Below are positions 57,809-64,000 of a stretch of DNA of 64,000 bases, one piece after another (positions within the stretch are counted from its first letter, which is position 1; every line of letters starts with the position of its first letter). The position numbers were made by a program, and so were the translations under genes. The notes beneath the pieces were generated by a model. It saw only the letters and a program-made list of their open reading frames with translations. It searched no databases and had not been told where the DNA came from. Source of the DNA: a virus (taxonomy: Duplodnaviria; Heunggongvirae; Uroviricota; Caudoviricetes); IMG/VR virus record IMGVR_UViG_3300028591_000002, positions 46,718 to 110,717 of that record, one strand, 5' to 3'.

Positions 57809-58200
57809 TTATTCCAATTTTTAATAATCATTTCAACAATTGCATCATTAGGGACTCCAAATTCAGTGTCCATTTTACTATAGAGTTCTAAAGATTCTAA
57901 GATACTCTCTTTATTAGAAAAGAATTGACTTTCCACACTTCGAAATAGTCTTTCATTATGTTCTGAAAATAAGGTACAAAGTTCAGTAACAAATTCATTC
58001 AACTCTGTAGGATTTTGAAATGTGACATTATAACCATAAGGCATATAATCTTCTACATTTTGCATAACATATTCAAAATCATCTTCAATGAATTCATCTG
58101 AAGCAACACTTCTATAAGATTCTAATGCTAATTCCTTTATAGAAACATTAATTTCAGCACTAAGTGTTTTTACTACTTCCTCTTCTTTAGTTACTTTCAT
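57805..58200 (-). CDS. acidic hypothetical protein (tandem paralog B)
   Basis: FSN..I...L...FGVPND.I..MI.N. Confidence 0.75.
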   Translation of the reverse strand: MKVTKEEEVVKTLSAEINVSIKELALESYRSVASDEFIEDDFEYVMQNVEDYMPYGYNVTFQNPTELNEFVTELCTLFSEHNERLFRSVESQFFSNKESILESLELYSKMDTEFGVPNDAIVEMIIKNWNK

Positions 58201-58681
58201 AAATCATTTTATTATAAACATTTTCTATTTCAGACATACTCAATGAATATACTCTATATTCTGTTTTATAATCTCTATTATATGGACTATCCATAAGTAA
58301 ACAAGGAATACCTAGTTTATTTAATTTTTCAAAATTATGAATAGAATCGTCAATAAATACATCAACTCTACCCTTAATTCTAGATGCTTTATCAGCAAAA
58401 TAACCAGGTACTTGATAAACAGGAGCCTTTGGAAACTCCTGTTTATCCAAGTATTGTTTAGTCCAAGGTTTAGGATTAACTCTTGCAGTACAATATAAAG
58501 CTGGAGTAAAATCAGGTTTTCTTAAAACTGGTAATGTTAACCAAAAATTCTTATCTTTTTTAAGAACTCTTTCAACATTTCTAGTTATGTCAGAAGATTT
58601 TTTTGGATAACCAAATCTTTTAAAATACTCCCCATAGAAATCTGCAACAGTTTGGTCTAAATCTAATCCTACTCTAAGCAT
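58187..58681 (-). CDS. HAD-family 5'(3')-deoxyribonucleotidase-like phosphatase
   Basis: DLDQT, K, FIDDS motifs. Confidence 0.85.
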   Translation of the reverse strand: MLRVGLDLDQTVADFYGEYFKRFGYPKKSSDITRNVERVLKKDKNFWLTLPVLRKPDFTPALYCTARVNPKPWTKQYLDKQEFPKAPVYQVPGYFADKASRIKGRVDVFIDDSIHNFEKLNKLGIPCLLMDSPYNRDYKTEYRVYSLSMSEIENVYNKMIYESN

Positions 58682-59604
58682 ATTTCTTTAATTGGATTTA
58701 AGTTAAACGAGCTTGGAGTAATAATCACCTTGTTTTCTTTTAAAATTACATTCTTAGAATATGCTTCTTGAGGATATGTACTTACTGGTAATTTTGAATT
58801 TTTAAGATATGGATAAAAGTTAGCTCCAAAAGCCACATTATTTATATCATTCTTTATTATTTCATCCTGAAGATAATCAAATACACCTTCTTGTAGTCCA
58901 GAATCACTTCTTCCATGTTTCATTAAAGGAAGAAGAACATGATAGTGAATATTAGAACCAAAATCTCTTGTAGACACAACAAAATCTTCTACAGATTTTT
59001 TATTAGAAATCAAATGATGAATCATCACTTTACATTCACCATATTTGAGAAGATTATCTATAGCTCTAAGTGCTCTAAATCTAAGTAATTCATTACCAAA
59101 ACTTACAGCTACACCACCTACAAAATTTCTAGTAGCTTCTAGGATTTCTTGACATCCAGTAAAATTAGTATTAGATAAAATTATACCATTAGTAGTATAA
59201 TTCGGAACTACATTAGTCTCATATACAGTCTGTAAGAATTTAGGAAAATCTGGATGGATAGTAGGTTCTCCTGTTGAACCAATAGCAATTTGAAATGGTT
59301 TAAGAGTCTTAGTAACTTTCTTAAACTTTTCTTCTGGATAAAAAGCCATCCACTTTTTCCAAGTTTCACATATATTTGGAAAATCTTCCCCTTTTTTAGT
59401 TGCAGCAACGTAACAGAATGGACATTCGGCATTACATCTTGTAGTAATACCTACGTCATAGAATTCAGATAATTCTGGAGGAAGTTCCATAATACTTTCA
59501 ACACTATCTCCAAATCTTACAGTCTTTAAATTAGACCACAATGCATTATAATTATAATCTTTAAGTGTTCTTAGTTTTACACCCCAATCTTTAAAATCTT
59601 TCAT
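58669..59604 (-). CDS. radical SAM enzyme
   Basis: CNAECPFC, GEPTIHPDF, TTNG; ends in TAG. Confidence 0.92.
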   Translation of the reverse strand: MKDFKDWGVKLRTLKDYNYNALWSNLKTVRFGDSVESIMELPPELSEFYDVGITTRCNAECPFCYVAATKKGEDFPNICETWKKWMAFYPEEKFKKVTKTLKPFQIAIGSTGEPTIHPDFPKFLQTVYETNVVPNYTTNGIILSNTNFTGCQEILEATRNFVGGVAVSFGNELLRFRALRAIDNLLKYGECKVMIHHLISNKKSVEDFVVSTRDFGSNIHYHVLLPLMKHGRSDSGLQEGVFDYLQDEIIKNDINNVAFGANFYPYLKNSKLPVSTYPQEAYSKNVILKENKVIITPSSFNLNPIKEICLE

Positions 59605-59795
59605 AAATAATTAAGAGGTTCTTCAGTTTCAACAAATTTTTCGTAATTCAACTTATTTTCTACCCAAGAAACCCATTCCTCTGGAACAAACCAAGAATTT
59701 TTACTTGAATCAAAGTAACAATCCTCTTTATAATTCGGATGGTCCATGTAAAATTGAATTTCAGGCCATTCTACTCTAATAAATTTCTCTAACAT
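59601..59795 (-). CDS. hypothetical protein
   Basis: 64-aa operonic ORF. Confidence 0.7.
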   Translation of the reverse strand: MLEKFIRVEWPEIQFYMDHPNYKEDCYFDSSKNSWFVPEEWVSWVENKLNYEKFVETEEPLNYL

Positions 59796-60175
59796 TAAGT
59801 ATAATATTCTCTAAATTGAAAAATACCATCAATATAACTTATAAGGTCTGCAGCATGTTTATCTTTTGGATTCTTAGCAACAACATTTATTCCTTCAAAA
59901 GCAGGTCTATCATATTGATCCAATGTTAATGCATATTCTAATAATTCTTGTTCATTTTCTGGTTCTCTATTAAAAGCGTCATAGAAATCCTCATCTAAAA
60001 ATGAGTCTGGAATAAGACTTATTTCAAACAAATCATCGAATTTTTTATCACTGCCAGCAATCTCAAGAATAGAATTAACTAATTCCTTTATTCTATTAAT
60101 TCCTTCTTCATCATAAACACAGTAAACTTCAGAAGAAGAATTTGTGATTATATCACTAAAACCAATAATTACCAT
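59795..60175 (-). CDS. SDxITNSSSEV-motif protein 3
   Basis: MVIIGFSDIITNSSSEVY. Confidence 0.85.
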   Translation of the reverse strand: MVIIGFSDIITNSSSEVYCVYDEEGINRIKELVNSILEIAGSDKKFDDLFEISLIPDSFLDEDFYDAFNREPENEQELLEYALTLDQYDRPAFEGINVVAKNPKDKHAADLISYIDGIFQFREYYT

Positions 60176-60453
60176 TCGTAGTCTATTTTATATTTTCCTT
60201 TCCAAGGTTCAAGAACTTTTTCAAGACCTGGTTTAAATATCATATCTAATTTTTCAAACCAACAACCATAAGCAAAAGATACTGATATAAAGCCATTATG
60301 CATATGAGTACCTCCTTCCATATTATCACTTTTTCCTAAATTTTCTATAGTGTTATAAATTTCTTCTAATATTTCTTTATTATCCGCAGTAATAGTACAA
60401 AATACTTCTGAGGAAGAATTAGTTATAACATCTGAAATACTTAAAATTTTCAT
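60169..60453 (-). CDS. SDxITNSSSEV-motif protein 2
   Basis: MKILSISDVITNSSSEVF. Confidence 0.85.
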   Translation of the reverse strand: MKILSISDVITNSSSEVFCTITADNKEILEEIYNTIENLGKSDNMEGGTHMHNGFISVSFAYGCWFEKLDMIFKPGLEKVLEPWKGKYKIDYEW

Positions 60454-60917
60454 CCTAAATGTTCTCTATGAATAGATTCAACTTCGGTTTTCCTTAATTT
60501 ATTTCTTTTTTTATAATCAGGTTCGTTCCAATCATAATAAGGAAGTTCTATTTCTCCTAAATCTTTAGCATAATATCCAGAGAATTTCTCTTTGAATTTA
60601 GGAAAATTATATAAACTACTTATAAATTCCATAAGCCAATATGGAATAGTATTATCATCAACAGAATGAATTAACAAATCATTTTTAGCTACATGATAAT
60701 CCCAATTAATATCAATATAAGAACCCTCTGCTATTTCAAATTCTAATATTTCATTAATATTTAATTCAAGTATTTCACATAAATTCTTTATTATTTCAGG
60801 AACTTCCTTATTTATTTCATCCTGAAACTCTGGTTTAGCATGAATTATAAATACCTCACTAGAGGAATTTGTAATAACATCTGATATACTTAATATTTTA
60901 GCTATCATAGTCTTCAT
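60450..60917 (-). CDS. SDxITNSSSEV-motif protein 1
   Basis: KILSISDVITNSSSEVF. Confidence 0.85.
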   Translation of the reverse strand: MKTMIAKILSISDVITNSSSEVFIIHAKPEFQDEINKEVPEIIKNLCEILELNINEILEFEIAEGSYIDINWDYHVAKNDLLIHSVDDNTIPYWLMEFISSLYNFPKFKEKFSGYYAKDLGEIELPYYDWNEPDYKKRNKLRKTEVESIHREHLG

Positions 60918-61119
60918 TTAAATCAGTTACGATTAAACCATAGGACTCACATTCGTCTTGAACATCTTCCCATGTATCTAACCCTATCAAATCTACTTTA
61001 TCATTTACATCTTCCAAAATTAAGGAAGCTTTTTCTATTGCTTCTTTATAGGAAGAAGCTACAACTTGTCTTTGATGTTCAGTTTTTCCTTTAAAATAAG
61101 AAAATTGATATGTATTCAT
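60898..61119 (-). CDS. hypothetical acidic protein
   Basis: 73-aa operonic ORF. Confidence 0.7.
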   Translation of the reverse strand: MNTYQFSYFKGKTEHQRQVVASSYKEAIEKASLILEDVNDKVDLIGLDTWEDVQDECESYGLIVTDLNEDYDS

Positions 61120-61673
61120 AATATTTTATGTTGTTTAGTGTAAGCATCTAAAAGGTCATAGAAAAAATCTTCTTCTACCATAAAAATAATATTGTTAGAA
61201 GATATAGTATTCTTTTTCCAACATAAACAAAATGGTTTAGATTTATCAGGACATTCTTCTCTAATTCCAAAATAATTTGGAGTATTAGCATAATTTTTTA
61301 CTTGAATATTTACAGGTAACTTACGTTCTGTATCACAAATATCTATTTTAGAATTATCCATCTTTTTGGATTCTCCAGCTGACCTTTCGCAGCCAGTATA
61401 TCCAATTTCTCTTAATTTATCTCTCACTCTATATTCTAAATCCTTTCCCTTAGATTTAGATTTTCTAGCTTGATAAGATTTTTTAGTATGTTCATCTAAC
61501 CATTCGAATGTTGTACCATCTTTTCCTCCACAACCTTTCTTATTACATCTTATTTTAATGCTTGCCACACTTAAGCCTAATTGTTCACTAGCTTCTTCAA
61601 TAGATTGAAATATCTAAACTGAACCGTCTTTCAAAGTTGCTTTGCATGAAGTATTCAATATACTTTTAGCCAT
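61116..61673 (-). CDS. Holliday-junction-resolvase-like PD-(D/E)xK nuclease with N-terminal NUMOD1-like HTH; 185 aa when the internal TAG is read as Gln
   Basis: ATG at 61673 overlaps the primase TAA; in frame with track ORF 61116..61568; single TAG at 61614-61616. KSKGKDLE..ERS..DI..IQVK nuclease core. Confidence 0.8.
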
Positions 61674-62650
61674 TACTTTAATTTTTTTAAATATAGTTTT
61701 AAGAACTTAATTGTTCCGTCTTTACCATTCTTTTTATAAAAATCACTAATATCTTTAACTCCATATTTAAATGGAATCCAAAAATAATTAAGTTCTGGAT
61801 AGCTTTTTCTTATCTTTATTAAATTAGTTAATCCAGGTCTATCATTATCATAAAAAACAACAATATGTTTAAATCTAGACTTTAAATCTTTTAACATTTT
61901 TTCTGTAATAAATAAATTCTCAGAATTTGGAGCAATAGATGCTATACCAAAACTAGCAAGACACATAACATCTTTCATACTCTTAGTAATAACTAAAAGT
62001 TTTCCTTCTTTTGGAAGTTGCTTATATCCTTGAACTTTTTTTGCAGGCCAATTTGTTAAAAATCTATATTGTTCTCTTTGTGAATAATATATTCTCCATA
62101 ATTCTTTTCCTTCATATATTCCCCCAAAATATCCAAAAGTTAATTTACTATTAGAAGTAAATAATTTATCATTTAAAAAAACATTTTTACAAGAATATAC
62201 ATCATATTTTTTAAGTAATTGTGGGGTTATTCCAAATTGAGACCACCATTTTAATTCAGATTCAGAAAAATCTTTTATTTCAACACCTATTTTTGCAGGT
62301 TCTTGATTTTCAAACTTCTGGACAATTTTTGTAATTTTTTTGGGTGTACTTCCATCCTTTAATCCAAAATCTTCTGCAATTATATTTATAGCTTCATAAT
62401 AACTAACTGAATATTTAGCCATTACTACTCCTATAAAATTTAACTGTTTACCAGTAGCGAAATCATGAAATAATATTTCTCCATTTTTACTTTTATAAAA
62501 AGAACAAGTTACCTTGTTATCCTGTCTTAAAGGATTCTTATATAAACCCTTTTTGACAGGAATACCAAGATAATGACTTAGATATGTTTCTTCAGAATAT
62601 TTAGAGATTAAATAGGCTTTATCAATCTTTTGGTTTATTCTGAAATTCAT
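61673..62650 (-). CDS. dnaG: DnaG-type (TOPRIM) primase, crAss-like
   Basis: N-terminal NPLRQD..CSF..HDF, ITKSMKDVM, YDNDRPG, KDISD. Confidence 0.9.
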   Translation of the reverse strand: MNFRINQKIDKAYLISKYSEETYLSHYLGIPVKKGLYKNPLRQDNKVTCSFYKSKNGEILFHDFATGKQLNFIGVVMAKYSVSYYEAINIIAEDFGLKDGSTPKKITKIVQKFENQEPAKIGVEIKDFSESELKWWSQFGITPQLLKKYDVYSCKNVFLNDKLFTSNSKLTFGYFGGIYEGKELWRIYYSQREQYRFLTNWPAKKVQGYKQLPKEGKLLVITKSMKDVMCLASFGIASIAPNSENLFITEKMLKDLKSRFKHIVVFYDNDRPGLTNLIKIRKSYPELNYFWIPFKYGVKDISDFYKKNGKDGTIKFLKLYLKKLK

Positions 62651-62662
62651 ATCTTATTACAA

Positions 62663-63346
62663 TTAAATATCTCCTAAATCAAGATCATCAATACCATCAC
62701 CTGTATCTGTATCTATGTCATTGCCACCTGCATCTTTCATTGGTGTAGGTTTAGCACTTTCGTATTCTTTCTTTTTGCTAAGTTCCCATGCAGTAAATGC
62801 AAGATTATCCCCTAAGAATCTTTCAGACATAAAAGGTTCTCCAGTTTTACTATTAATTCTTACAAAATTTGGAAGAGCAGCATAAACTGTACCTGCATTA
62901 TTTCTACCCGCAAGAAGTAAAGAAGTTGTTATAGTACTGCCATCTAATACTTTGTGTAAGAGAGCAATAAATTGGTCAAAAGTGGAAATTTTTCCACACG
63001 CTTCCATGAATTTATCACGTTTAGTAGGTGCAAATGTTTCTACTAAATGAACTGCAAAATATTTAATTCTGTCCATATCTGAAGGCATTTCAGATTCATG
63101 TCCATTTGCATTAGCTATCTTACGTCTTTCCTCTCCATTTTCTCCTGGTTCAAATATTCTCTCTTTATAAGAACCTTGTGGACAAGTAAATGTAAAGTCC
63201 CATGCTCTCCAAGTTCCACCATCTTTGCGATTTCCTGTTACTACATCGCTAATACCTTCGAATTTTACTTCATCATAAATGTTCCAAGCTCTAAGAAACG
63301 AATTTGTTTCTGTACTTACTTTTGCAATATTACCAAAATTTAGCAT
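62663..63346 (-). CDS. putative single-stranded DNA-binding protein
   Basis: Adjacent to primase; aromatic beta-rich core and acidic tail (DIDTDTGDGIDDLDLGDI); inference. Confidence 0.55.
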   Translation of the reverse strand: MLNFGNIAKVSTETNSFLRAWNIYDEVKFEGISDVVTGNRKDGGTWRAWDFTFTCPQGSYKERIFEPGENGEERRKIANANGHESEMPSDMDRIKYFAVHLVETFAPTKRDKFMEACGKISTFDQFIALLHKVLDGSTITTSLLLAGRNNAGTVYAALPNFVRINSKTGEPFMSERFLGDNLAFTAWELSKKKEYESAKPTPMKDAGGNDIDTDTGDGIDDLDLGDI

Positions 63347-63383
63347 ATTAATTCAATTTTATATTACTACTAACTGATTATCT

Positions 63384-63971
63384 TTAAAGTTCGAAATTGA
63401 AGTCATCATCACCGATTTCTTCTTCATTTCCACCATCTTCTACAACATCTACTTCAGGAACTTCAAAATCTTCTTCAGGTTCTGGTTCTGGAGTAGTCTC
63501 TATAACCACCTCAGGAGTATTCTCTCCTCTGAGGATAAATAAACCACCTTTATTAGGATGTGGTTCTAGAGTGAACTCTGTACCATAATTGCTAAGCTCA
63601 TCATTAACTTTACCTCTACAACTTACTGTATTAGTCTTAGTTAATTTATTACCTGCTTTAGTTCCCCAAGCTTCACTTGTTCCTATAACAGGATAAGTCT
63701 TTTTCTTAAACTTTTGGAACTTAATATCTATGGTTTCTCCTGGTTCTACGCCAAGAGCATCAACAGCACCTGTAGTAAGAATATATTTATTCTCCTCAAG
63801 TCTTAAAATAGGATCTGGATTCTCATCCACTTTGGACTTAGATGAACTTCCACTAGATGCTCTAGGTTTCTTAATTGAATCTTCTTTAAATTCTCTCGAA
63901 TCTTTGAAAATTTCACCAGTTTCTTCATCTACCCATTCTGTGGTAATAGTTTGCTTTACAATTTTATACAT
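63384..63971 (-). CDS. conserved replication-module protein with acidic tail
   Basis: 195 aa; PEPEPEEDFEVPEVD..DDDFNFEL. Confidence 0.75.
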   Translation of the reverse strand: MYKIVKQTITTEWVDEETGEIFKDSREFKEDSIKKPRASSGSSSKSKVDENPDPILRLEENKYILTTGAVDALGVEPGETIDIKFQKFKKKTYPVIGTSEAWGTKAGNKLTKTNTVSCRGKVNDELSNYGTEFTLEPHPNKGGLFILRGENTPEVVIETTPEPEPEEDFEVPEVDVVEDGGNEEEIGDDDFNFEL

Positions 63972-64000
63972 TAATAACCATTATTATAATCGTTAATAAC
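63971..64000 (-). CDS. 3' end of an upstream gene truncated by the window edge
   Basis: ..VINDYNNGY-TAA overlaps the ATG at 63971 (TAATG). Confidence 0.45.
   Translation of the reverse strand, partial: VINDYNNGY

Noticed and set aside
33957-63996. Plus-strand ORFs opposite the early module (33957, 42088, 42322, 44952, 51317, 53373, 55427, 59290, 63098, 63397, 63730) and the minus ORF 59208..59432
   Set aside because: They overlap well-supported genes on the other strand or frame and lack motifs.

Overview
The window is a 64 kb piece of an AT-rich, crAss-like (Crassvirales-type) Bacteroidetes phage genome with two converging modules that use different genetic codes. From 1 to 33385 (+ strand) are virion/late genes in which TAG is read as Gln (code 15). 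The fragmented ORF track collapses into seven genes that end only in TAA or TGA: a partial gene, a 597-aa protein, a ~2982-aa protein with an SF1 helicase domain, a ~3607-aa virion RNA polymerase (DYDIDK), a 355-aa zincin, a ~1643-aa protein with a PD-(D/E)xK nuclease domain, and a ~1774-aa modular BspA-type LRR protein. From 33449 to 64000 (- strand) are about 60 replication, nucleotide-metabolism and accessory genes: PolA, primase, DNA ligase, RNA ligase, Pnk, a sigma-70 factor, NrdDG, dUTPase, thioredoxin and a radical SAM enzyme among them. These read through in the standard code, with one exception. A bidirectional terminator marks the boundary. The top leads are: (1) matched C-terminal/N-terminal cysteines at every junction of the four giant cargo genes, suggesting a disulfide-linked ejection chain; (2) a single in-frame TAG inside the Holliday-junction resolvase gene of the otherwise code-11-compatible module; (3) a radical SAM gene next to three paralogs carrying an SDxITNSSSEV motif; (4) a GC-rich, probably foreign LRR cassette inside the LRR gene. 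Long recoded ORFs were delimited from the frame consistency of ORF fragments plus manual reading of the ends and several internal stretches, not by exhaustive translation. No tRNA or CRISPR array was recognised.
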